Below, piece after piece: positions 10,455 to 18,208 of a stretch of 64,000 nt of DNA. The notes beneath the pieces are model-generated. The model saw nothing but the letters and a program-made list of their open reading frames with translations. It searched no databases and was not told the DNA's origin. The DNA comes from a virus (lineage: Duplodnaviria; Caudoviricetes): positions 1-64,000 of the IMG/VR virus record IMGVR_UViG_3300032303_001800. One strand, given 5' to 3'. A program made the position numbers and the translations under genes. Every line of letters starts with the position of its first letter. Position 1 is the first letter of the stretch.

Positions 10455-10600
10455 TATGACCCTTTCCGCTAGGTGCTTTACCTAACAGTTACAACTTACC
10501 AGAAAATCTACGAGGTGTGTCACATCGCGCACGCGCGATAGCCGAAAACCTTGCGCGATGGGGGGAGATTGGGATGGGGGTCGCCCCCCACCCCGCTCCC

Positions 10601-10990
10601 CTACATACTCGTAACCGTGAACCCGATGTAGTCTTCGATGTCAAGGTTAGGGATGAAGATGCGCTTCTTGTAGTCCAACAAGTAGGCGATGGTTTCATCG
10701 TCTAATCCAAGAGTCTCGCCTTCGTCATCCGTTCCACCGGTGATGACGATGTTACCCACCGTGACATCGGTGAGGCCGTAGGAGTCGGACCAAAGAGCGG
10801 TACCGTAGGAGTTTTGCTCCAACCCGTTCAGTTTGCCTTCTTCATTGACCCACATCTCAATACCGGTAGCGGGGAGTCTTACGCACTCAATCCATCCACC
10901 GACACCCTCTTTAAGCATCTCGTAGCAGTTGGAGTTATCGAACTCCACTACCTCGAACACTCCATCGGTGCTGACCTTAATAGCCTTCAT
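10601..10990 (-). CDS. DUF3846-like protein
   Basis: VGGWIECV, MWVNEEGKLNGLEQN, GNIVITG motifs; start refined to MKAIKV. Confidence 0.8.
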   Translation of the reverse strand: MKAIKVSTDGVFEVVEFDNSNCYEMLKEGVGGWIECVRLPATGIEMWVNEEGKLNGLEQNSYGTALWSDSYGLTDVTVGNIVITGGTDDEGETLGLDDETIAYLLDYKKRIFIPNLDIEDYIGFTVTSM

Positions 10991-11195
10991 ACTTACCTTT
11001 CCGCTAGTGAGTTTCACTAACAGCAATCATTGTAGCAGGTAAAAATCCAAACCGCTATTTTTTTTGCGCGATGAATACAAATCCTCCTCAGAGAGTTTTT
11101 GGAAATCTCCACACAGTCAAGCGTCACGCGTGCGCGATGCCGCTATCGCGCACCTGACTTATGCGCGATGACGATGGGGTAAAAAAAAATCAGAG

Positions 11196-11215
11196 TTATC
11201 CACAGGTTATCCACA
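11196..11215 (+). promoter_or_regulatory. Two tandem perfect DnaA boxes
   Basis: TTATCCACA at 11196-11204 and 11207-11215. Confidence 0.8.
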
Positions 11216-11241
11216 GGGCGGGGTTTCCCCCACCCTGCGGA

Positions 11242-11257
11242 TGTTCCACGTGAAACA
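11242..11257. promoter_or_regulatory. parS: parS site (ParB binding)
   Basis: TGTTCCACGTGAAACA, matches consensus; intergenic, 26 bp from the DnaA boxes. Confidence 0.85.
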
Positions 11258-11258
11258 T

Positions 11259-11546
11259 CTACTCCGCTGATGCCAGCAGAGCATTGTAGGTTTCGACTGC
11301 CCACGCCAGCGCCTTTTTACGCCCTGACACCCCGCGCCCAAAGGTGAGCCCGCTGATGTTTTCCGCGCCCTTGAGAGCGGTAAGGTGGCGGGACATCTTC
11401 ATCCCTGGGAACTTGATTTCCATCTCCAGCATGGAGATAACCATCTTTAGGCGGTAGGCATCCATCGCCATTTCGCCGGATACTACGCGGATGCCCGTTT
11501 CATCCTGCTCGACTTGCGAGCCATCGGGGAAGACTACGTTACTCAT
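11259..11546 (-). CDS. Hypothetical protein
   Basis: Start refined to MSNVVF after GAAAGGG RBS. Confidence 0.7.
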   Translation of the reverse strand: MSNVVFPDGSQVEQDETGIRVVSGEMAMDAYRLKMVISMLEMEIKFPGMKMSRHLTALKGAENISGLTFGRGVSGRKKALAWAVETYNALLASAE

Positions 11547-11756
11547 AATGCCCTTTCCGTTCGGTGATTTACCTAACAGGTACATAATACAGAAATTTTT
11601 TGATTGAGGGGTCTATCGCGCACGCGCGATGAAGAAAATCTTGCGCGATGACGGGTTAATATTGTTAAGTCAAGTCGAATCTTGCGCGATGACGTAAGAG
11701 GCAAGGGAAAAGGGAGCGAACAGACGTTCGCCCCCTAGTCCTTGTTGCCCGTTCTG

Positions 11757-11867
11757 CTACTCGCAGTCTAGGCAAGCCATGACCGGCATGAGCCGGTTTG
11801 TGTCCTTAGACCAGACACGGATGACGGTAAGAAAACTACCGACGTAACCACAGATGTCGCACTTCAT
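11757..11867 (-). CDS. 36-aa zinc-ribbon micro-protein (not in ORF track)
   Basis: MKCDICG...ACLDCE; own TTGACT-17-TATTGT promoter and GAAAGGGG RBS. Confidence 0.65.
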   Translation of the reverse strand: MKCDICGYVGSFLTVIRVWSKDTNRLMPVMACLDCE

Positions 11868-11893
11868 TTTACCCCCTTTCCCTTTCTGCTACC

Positions 11894-11922
11894 ACAATAC
11901 CCCGCCCACCAAAAAAAGTCAA
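11894..11922 (-). promoter_or_regulatory. Sigma-A type promoter
   Basis: TTGACT-17-TATTGT with a CGCG half-site just upstream of -35. Confidence 0.75.
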
Positions 11923-12024
11923 GTCGGTTTTTGCGCGATAGGGGAGAAATCTTGCGCGATAATGGCAACTTGACCGGCAGAATGCGGGGGATGCGCCCGC
12001 ATCCCCCGCATCTAGTCTAGAGAG

Positions 12025-12291
12025 TTACCTCTCTAGCACTACGGCATCCGGCGAAAGGGTAAAGCCGGAAAGCCCCTGACGAATAAACGTCTGATGGCGT
12101 GACGTTGTTTGACTGTAATACTGATTGTTGAGATGCGTAACGCTCTCGCCCTTTACTACTGCCATGAGAGTAGAGTACGAATACACGCGGTATTCCCCAT
12201 CGCCCCACATCTCGCCCCGCATTGTGTTAGCGGTGAATGGCTTACGGCTTGCGATGTATTCGCTTGCCTTTTTGTTTGTTACCTGTGGCAT
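12025..12291 (-). CDS. Hypothetical phage protein
   Basis: Start refined to MPQVTN; YRVYSY...YYSQTTSRHQ pattern. Confidence 0.7.
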   Translation of the reverse strand: MPQVTNKKASEYIASRKPFTANTMRGEMWGDGEYRVYSYSTLMAVVKGESVTHLNNQYYSQTTSRHQTFIRQGLSGFTLSPDAVVLER

Positions 12292-12447
12292 GTTTTGCCC
12301 TTTCTCTTTCGATAGTGAAACCTTACCAGAAAATCTAACCAAAAGTAGCATCGCGCATGCGCGATAGACCAAAATGATTGTTTTTTGTTGCGCGATGTGG
12401 TATAGGGAAGTTTCAGGCGGGGTCTCCCCCGCCCTACTCCCTACCGG

Positions 12448-12606
12448 CTAAAGAAACTCAAACGGGTCTCTATCCTCAAACATCTCCTCAAACGCCACGT
12501 AGGGCATCAGCGTAATGTCTCCGTACTCCGCTTCCGCGTCGAGCATGTTCTGAAGGATGCGCTCGTTTTGCTCGCGCTCCCCTTGGCTAATCTCTTTCTT
12601 TGGCAT
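12448..12606 (-). CDS. Small acidic hypothetical protein
   Basis: Start refined to MPKKEI after AAAGGAGG RBS. Confidence 0.65.
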   Translation of the reverse strand: MPKKEISQGEREQNERILQNMLDAEAEYGDITLMPYVAFEEMFEDRDPFEFL

Positions 12607-12756
12607 ATTGCCTCCTTTGCTTGTACTGCTTGATGTGTCCACAATAGCACCCTAATCTTAAATTTTAAAGCATCGCGCGTGCGCGATACAACAATGTGCG
12701 CGATACAACAATGGGGCATTGGGGGATGGGGCGCCCGCACCCATCCCCCCGCGCTC

Positions 12757-12954
12757 CTAATGATGCCAGCGCGTATCTGACACCTTGCGCCGAGTCTCCT
12801 TGTAGGTCTCAATGCGGGTCTCCCAGAAACCAACGGTATCCGATGCGAACCGGTTAGCGATTTCGAGCATCTCCGTAAGGCGGAGGATTTCGGCATCGAG
12901 CCCCGACAGGATGGCTAGTCCCATTTCCTTTGTAAGCGTTAGTGAATCATTCAT
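12757..12954 (-). CDS. Hypothetical protein
   Basis: 65 aa, GAAAGGGG RBS, own cassette. Confidence 0.65.
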   Translation of the reverse strand: MNDSLTLTKEMGLAILSGLDAEILRLTEMLEIANRFASDTVGFWETRIETYKETRRKVSDTRWHH

Positions 12955-13142
12955 TTCGTACCCCTTTCTTAAGGTACCCCTACCTTACTACCTGAAAACT
13001 ACAATAGAAACGTCGCGCATGCGCGATGACGTTAGTCCTAGCAGATTAAAAAAGTTAAGTCAAGTCAATCCTTGCGCGATGGACTCGGTGAGCGACAAAA
13101 AAGCGGGGCGGACATTACGCCCGCCCCGCCCGTTTGATTTGG

Positions 13143-13295
13143 CTAGCCTCGCCTAGCGTTGATGAAGTAGGCATTAGGGAAGATAGAGCGCCCCATTGCA
13201 ATTGCTTGTGGCAGGTCATCCGCCCCCACAAAAAAGTAAGACGAGAAATCTATCTCGCCGATGATGATGGCGTATTCCACCCTGTAAGTTTTCAC
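13143..13295 (-). CDS. 50-aa hypothetical protein (not in ORF track)
   Basis: GTG start, MKTYRVEY..., GAAAGGGG RBS. Confidence 0.55.
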   Translation of the reverse strand: MKTYRVEYAIIIGEIDFSSYFFVGADDLPQAIAMGRSIFPNAYFINARRG

Positions 13296-13418
13296 TTAAG
13301 CCCCTTTCATTTGGCTAAGACCACTTTAGCAGATTTTTTGAGGTAAAGAAACGTCGCGCGTGCGCGATGGTACCAACCCCAGAAAAAGCGGGGCAGGTTT
13401 TACCCTACCCCGCCCCTC

Positions 13419-13577
13419 TTAGTATTGCTTCTCTACTACCTTGACAACCGCCGAAAACGGCGCGTACTCAATACGGCACGCCGTTTCGATGGCAGTTTCG
13501 GCATCGGTAGATGGTGTGGTTATGGTGATGGTGTGACCACCATCCCGCTTGAGGGTAATCTCGAAAATGCTAATCAT
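13419..13577 (-). CDS. 52-aa hypothetical protein (not in ORF track)
   Basis: MISIFEITLKRDGG...EKQY, GAAAGGGG RBS. Confidence 0.6.
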   Translation of the reverse strand: MISIFEITLKRDGGHTITITTPSTDAETAIETACRIEYAPFSAVVKVVEKQY

Positions 13578-13804
13578 TGTAGGCCCCTTTCATTGGACTA
13601 GGACTATTGTAGCAGGTTTTGAGCAGTCTGGAAGCATCGCGCACGCGCGATACATAAGCCCGTCAGAAAATTCCCAGAAATCTTCGAGACAACTCCCCTA
13701 CGCATGCGCGATTATGTCTGCGCGATATGACGCACGTGTATTCGTGCGCGATGCCGACCGGATTAAAAAACTGAGAGCGAGCCGATTTCTCGACCCGCCC
13801 CGTT

Positions 13805-13918
13805 TCAGTTTTTACGCTTCAGAAACTTTTCGATGCACGCTGTGCAAAAGTCTCCGGCTGTGCTCCGGTTTGCTCCGCATCCCTTGCACTTGTGTTTTTT
13901 GTATCCCTTCGCTGGCAT
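13805..13918 (-). CDS. 37-aa zinc-ribbon micro-protein (not in ORF track)
   Basis: CKGC...CTAC, basic; GAAAGGGG RBS. Confidence 0.62.
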   Translation of the reverse strand: MPAKGYKKHKCKGCGANRSTAGDFCTACIEKFLKRKN

Positions 13919-14068
13919 CTTCGCCCCTTTCATTTGGCTGACTCCATTGTAGGCAGATTTGCCGAAAAAAAGCAAGTTTCGCGCATGCGCGATGGGGGAA
14001 AAGTCTGTTACACTTTGCGCGATGAGGGGGCTGGGTTTGGAGCGGGGGTTTCCCCCCGCCCCGCGCCT

Positions 14069-14239
14069 CTAGTCCTCCTCTTCTTCGATGCTGTCCTCGT
14101 ACTCGACTACGCCGATTTGGTAGGCGATGGGGTCGCAGTCAAAAAGGATTTGGCTGGGGTAAAAGGTCATTGAGCCGATGGAGTAAGTGGGGTAGCACTC
14201 ATCCAGCATTTCGTCGAATCCTTCGTGTCGCTGTGTCAT
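14069..14239 (-). CDS. 56-aa acidic hypothetical protein (not in ORF track)
   Basis: FDEMLDECYP...PSQIL..CDPIAYQIG...EEEED; GAAAGGT RBS. Confidence 0.68.
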   Translation of the reverse strand: MTQRHEGFDEMLDECYPTYSIGSMTFYPSQILFDCDPIAYQIGVVEYEDSIEEEED

Positions 14240-14400
14240 TTTCTTACCTTTCGTTTTTCGGTTTTCCCGATGCTTCTATTGTAACAGAAAAATCTAACTA
14301 ATCAACTATCGCGCATGCGCGATGGCCAAAAACTGTGTTATTGTTTGCGCGATGACGTAGGGGGTCGGGTTTAGGGGCGGGCTCACGCCCGCCCCCGCCC

Positions 14401-14598
14401 CTACTTTCTAAGTTTGAGGATGATGAGCGCCGTAGCGAACGATGCCACCACTCCTAGAGCAAGTGAAACCAACCACACCAGAGCGGGCGCGGTCAAGTCA
14501 CCTACTGCCTTAGTGCTGGCGATGTAGGCAAACGCATAGACGATTACCCCCATGAGCAGAGCGAACAACTTTTCGCCCCTAGTACCTTCGCGTGTCAT
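14401..14598 (-). CDS. Small two-TM membrane protein
   Basis: Two hydrophobic helices; TTGACT-16-TATGCT promoter at 14637-14664; start refined. Confidence 0.68.
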   Translation of the reverse strand: MTREGTRGEKLFALLMGVIVYAFAYIASTKAVGDLTAPALVWLVSLALGVVASFATALIILKLRK

Positions 14599-15081
14599 TG
14601 TTACCTTTCCGTAGGGCGTTTGCCCTAACAATGAACAGCATAACAGGATGAGCGATTAAGTCAAGTATTTTTTTGCGCGATGGATACAAAAGCCCCTCGG
14701 AAAGTTCCCAGAAATCTTTGGGAGAACCTGGCTACGCATGCGCGATTGTATGTGCGCGATTACATGTGCGCGATGCTCGGCGCAGGGGCAAAGCAAAAGG
14801 GGCGGGCTTGCGCCCGCCCCCCTGCCGGTGGCTACTGCCAGAGTTTCCACCAGACCCACCCGCCCCCGATTTGGGCGCGGTCAGAGAAATGCGAGGTGAT
14901 GCGACGGATAAGAGGGCGAACTGCCTTCATTTTAACCCCTTTCAGTTGGTTAGTTACATTGTAGCAGATTTTTTAGACTTTGGAAGCATCGCGCGTGCGC
15001 GATGGACAAAAACTGTGCTAAACTTTGCGCGATGTTAGGGGGGGAGTTGGGGGCGAACACTTGTTCGCCCCGCTCCGCGCC

Positions 15082-15204
15082 CTAGAGCCACACCTCCGCA
15101 ACCTCGCAGGGAGCGCACGCCTCAAGCGTGACGCACGAACGCGAGGCGGGTGAATACACCTCGACCTCGACCGTGGGGGCATCGGCCCCGCAAAAATCGC
15201 ACAT
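15082..15204 (-). CDS. 40-aa zinc-binding micro-protein (not in ORF track)
   Basis: MCDFCG...EACAPCE; GGAAGGG RBS. Confidence 0.6.
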   Translation of the reverse strand: MCDFCGADAPTVEVEVYSPASRSCVTLEACAPCEVAEVWL

Positions 15205-15344
15205 AATAACCCTTCCGCGGGGGAGCATCCACCGCTAGAACCACAATAGCAGGAAAACGCCGAGGTGGGGAAAATCGCGCATGCGCGATGACTTGACACG
15301 GGGCAAAAGAAGAGGGGCGGGTTTCCCCGCCCCTCCCCCGCGTG

Positions 15345-15524
15345 CTACATGTAGTCGCACGCCTCGTTTTCCGCGCCGTGCGTGGATGGGGTGCCCCAAA
15401 CGATTTCGGTGGGGGTGCCATCGTAGAACGGTTCGATGTGACCGCAGGCGGAACAGCGAACGGAAAGCACATCCGAGATGGGGCAAAGGCGTGCGCCCTC
15501 GTCCCCGCAAAATGAACACTTCAT
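15345..15524 (-). CDS. 59-aa zinc-ribbon micro-protein (not in ORF track)
   Basis: MKCSFCG...RCSACGH; GAAAGGGA RBS; TTGCTT-17-TAGACT promoter upstream. Confidence 0.65.
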   Translation of the reverse strand: MKCSFCGDEGARLCPISDVLSVRCSACGHIEPFYDGTPTEIVWGTPSTHGAENEACDYM

Positions 15525-15811
15525 AAATCCCTTTCGTTTTATCGGCTTCGTTACCGATAGGAGAGAGTCTAGTCAGACTATTTAGGGAAAGCAACTATTT
15601 TTTTGCGCGATACAAAAAAGATACAGAAACTTCACAGAAACTTTTCCAGAAAGTTTAGTGCGCGTGCGCGATTGCGTGTGCGCGATGATTTCCGGACAGA
15701 GAGTTTCCCAGAAATCGCGCACGCGGGAGACAATACCGTGCGCGATGGACTCGGCGGGCAAAAAAAAGAGGGGCAGGGCTCACGCCCCGCCCCCCCCTCA
15801 AAGGCTCCCCC

Positions 15812-16030
15812 CTAAAACCATCGGGAGATGCCCGCCCAAAGGCGTAGGGCATCCTCTCGGGTGCGGTAGAGGTGTCCGTCATCGCTCAACGGCTTACCAT
15901 CGGCGCCAAACAGGGTAAGCGTGAAGAAAGAGCCGTGGTCAAACTCATGGCTCGGGTTGTAGTGGCGGTTGATGGTCGCCGTGACCTCACCCGCGGGCGA
16001 AGTGAGAGTGTCAGTCAGTTCGTAAATCAT
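15812..16030 (-). CDS. Hypothetical protein
   Basis: 72 aa; GAAAGGGA RBS; strong promoter upstream. Confidence 0.7.
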   Translation of the reverse strand: MIYELTDTLTSPAGEVTATINRHYNPSHEFDHGSFFTLTLFGADGKPLSDDGHLYRTREDALRLWAGISRWF

Positions 16031-16075
16031 TGTAAATCCCTTTCGTACTCACCGGCATTGTTGCCGATGGTACAG

Positions 16076-16104
16076 AGTTTAGTGAGCGTTTTTTAGAAAG
16101 TCAA
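16076..16104 (-). promoter_or_regulatory. Sigma-A type promoter abutting CGCG palindrome
   Basis: TTGACT-17-TAAACT; the palindrome at 16107-16122 ends 2 bp upstream of -35. Confidence 0.78.
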
Positions 16105-16203
16105 GCATCGCGCGTGCGCGATAGGGGAAAACCCCGATAAACTTTGCGCGATGACGTAGGGTTTGGTTTGGGGGCGAACACTTGTTCGCCCCCGCCCCTT
16201 GCC

Positions 16204-16482
16204 TTAGTCATCCTCTCGCGGGTTGGTGTGGGTGAGTAGGAGTTCGACTAGTGCGGTGTAGGCATCCTCGCTAGGGGAGCACCACGCTAGGCGGGTGTGG
16301 GCTAGGGCGTTCGCCCGCACCGCTTCCGCTTCCGTGGCGTACCAAAAGGCGAACAGGGAGAAATAGCGTTCGCCGTCAGATGCGCTGACCTGAACGCCGA
16401 AATAGGGGTGGGTGTCCTCGGCGTACCAACCCCAATGACGGGGTTCGTTGGTCAAGGTAACTTGGGCGGAAGTGTAAATCAT
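16204..16482 (-). CDS. Hypothetical protein
   Basis: Start refined to MIYTSA; TTGCTT-17-TAGGCT promoter upstream. Confidence 0.68.
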   Translation of the reverse strand: MIYTSAQVTLTNEPRHWGWYAEDTHPYFGVQVSASDGERYFSLFAFWYATEAEAVRANALAHTRLAWCSPSEDAYTALVELLLTHTNPREDD

Positions 16483-16828
16483 TGTAAAACCCTTTCGGTT
16501 GGTGTCGGTATTGTTACCGATGGTACTGAGCCTAGTGAGCAAAAAAGTAAAAAGCAACTATTTTTTTGCGCGATACATTTGTTCGTCAGAATGTTTTCAG
16601 AAATCTCAGCGGGGGCGTTGGGTTACGTGCGCGATGGATTTTGTGCGCGATACATTTGTTTGTCAGAAAGTTTTCCAGAAACATCGCGCAGGGGTTTCCG
16701 TATGCGTGCGCGATACATTTTCTCCTCAGAAAGTTTCCAGAAATCCTCGGAGCGCGCAGGGGTTACGTGCGCGATGCCGATGGCGAACAAGTGTTCGCCG
16801 CAAAAAAGCGAACATTTGTTCGCTTTAG

Positions 16829-16873
16829 TTATCCACAGACTTATCCACAGGCTGTGGTTTATTCTGTGGGTTA
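16829..16873. promoter_or_regulatory. DnaA-box cluster
   Basis: Perfect TTATCCACA at 16829-16837 and 16841-16849; two inverted 2-mismatch boxes at 16853-16861 and 16865-16873. Confidence 0.78.
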
Positions 16874-17055
16874 TTGGATGGCGAACGCTTGTTCGTTTTC
16901 TCCTATTCCTGACTAGTTAAGTCATGTTTCGGGCGGGCGTGCGGGGGTATGCGTTTTTATGCGTGGAGATGTGTTTTTAATCATCGGGCTAGATGTGCGC
17001 GATGTGGCGCGTAGGGCGCGGGATGTGATAACATCCCGCGCCCATCGTGGCGCGT

Positions 17056-17083
17056 GCGTGATGCGTGATGCGTGATGCGTGAT
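17056..17083 (+). repeat. Tandem (GCGTGAT)x4
   Basis: Four perfect 7-bp units. Confidence 0.95.
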
Positions 17084-17088
17084 GCGTT

Positions 17089-17123
17089 GCGATAGGCGCG
17101 GGCGTGATGCCCGCGCCTATCGC
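17089..17123 (-). terminator. Perfect 15-bp-stem hairpin after the 17134..18018 gene
   Basis: GCGATAGGCGCGGGC-GTGAT-GCCCGCGCCTATCGC; no clear U-tract. Confidence 0.55.
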
Positions 17124-17133
17124 GTGCGATGCG

Positions 17134-18018
17134 TTACAACGCTACCGCGTGACCGCGCTTTACCACACGCGATGTCCAATCTTCGACATCTTCGATGTCA
17201 TCCCATAGACCGGCGATGTCTGAGCGATGCGCAATACGCTGTCGAACATCGTTCGACATCGTAACGCTCTCATCGTGGCGGGCAAGGATGGACTCAGCGA
17301 GTGACCGCGCACCGGTAGCGATACCGCGAGACTCCAGATTATCCAGATGCCCTACGGGGTCGCGCCACAATACAGGGCAACCACAAACGCGCACCGCGAG
17401 AAACTTTCGTTCCTCGTTGATGTGCGCGACTGTCTCGCTTTCATCGCGACTCCATGCCGTCATTGGAGCCAACAACATCATCGCGTTGTTATCGTGACCG
17501 CCTGACGCGTAGAGCAGACTGTTTAGCAACAGTCCATCGGCGTTAATAGTGATGATGTTCCATGCGCTCTGCGAATGTTGCGCGTTGCGAATGATAAGAA
17601 CGCCACCATTCGTTAGGAACGATGTCATCTCTGCCAACGATGCGAAAGTGCCACTAGTCGCGATGACATCATCCATGAGCGCGCTTAGCACCTTGTCGCG
17701 CTTAGTGCGTGTTGCCATCTTCACGCGAACATCGTTCGCGGGCGTGATGACATTGACACCCTCGCGCTTTTTGTCTTTCGTGACATTGTCAGAAAGTTGC
17801 GCGATGACTGATGCGATGAACGCGTTAGCGCGATTGTAAGTAGTCATCGCTCCATGAGTGATAACACCACCATCACTAGGCGCGATGTTCGTTCGACAAA
17901 TGTGTCGCTCTGCTATCTCATCGGCGATGTGTGATGCGATGCCGTTAGCGCGTGCCATGTCTCCAATCAGTTTGCGCGTACGGTCGCGGTCTTTCGTGTT
18001 GTTGTTGATGCGTGTCAT
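17134..18018 (-). CDS. Hypothetical protein
   Basis: 294 aa from MTRINNN after GAAAGGT RBS; no motif recognised. Confidence 0.72.
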   Translation of the reverse strand: MTRINNNTKDRDRTRKLIGDMARANGIASHIADEIAERHICRTNIAPSDGGVITHGAMTTYNRANAFIASVIAQLSDNVTKDKKREGVNVITPANDVRVKMATRTKRDKVLSALMDDVIATSGTFASLAEMTSFLTNGGVLIIRNAQHSQSAWNIITINADGLLLNSLLYASGGHDNNAMMLLAPMTAWSRDESETVAHINEERKFLAVRVCGCPVLWRDPVGHLDNLESRGIATGARSLAESILARHDESVTMSNDVRQRIAHRSDIAGLWDDIEDVEDWTSRVVKRGHAVAL

Positions 18019-18208
18019 GTTGTTACCTTTCGTTGAGTGGCGAACGCGGGCGCGCTCTTTAACCACACTCAAACAATACACCAACCATTACACGCAAGCA
18101 GCCATTGGGACCAATGCAGTGCCCACACGTCTGAATTTTACACCTCCTATATAAGAACATATGTTCAAACCGTAGACAGGCTACAAAAAGTATGCTATGC
18201 TATCACAC

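Larger units (their letters stand above)
3048..16122. repeat. Dispersed intergenic 16-bp palindrome ATCGCGC-N2-GCGCGAT with companion TGCGCGAT half-sites
   Basis: Manual count: 19 exact copies (3048, 4752, 5719, 5830, 6426, 6717, 7351, 7971, 9093, 10073, 10524, 11615, 12350, 12672, 13636, 14308, 14988, 15274, 16107) plus 6 single-mismatch copies (3135, 8034, 9419, 13012, 13353, 13978); all intergenic. Confidence 0.97.
19..16750 (+). repeat. Second dispersed ~40-bp repeat family GATACA-N8-CAGAAA-N5/6-CAGAAAT
   Basis: Copies near 19, 2498, 3061, 7984, 9432, 11072, 13649, 14682, 15607, 16572, 16649, 16712; same orientation, usually fused to a GCGCGAT half-site. Confidence 0.85.

Noticed and set aside
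3048-16122. CRISPR array interpretation of the recurring palindrome
   Set aside because: Intervals are hundreds of bp and contain genes, repeats are only 16 bp, and there are no cas genes
3048-16122. Integron attC cassette array
   Set aside because: No RYYYAAC/GTTRRRY ends or extrahelical-base pattern, cassettes carry their own promoters, and no tyrosine integrase is in the window
1-18100. Cyanobacterial HIP1 (GCGATCGC) explanation of GCGAT richness
   Set aside because: The motif here is GCGCGAT, HIP1 octamers were not seen, and the gene content points to an actinobacterial host
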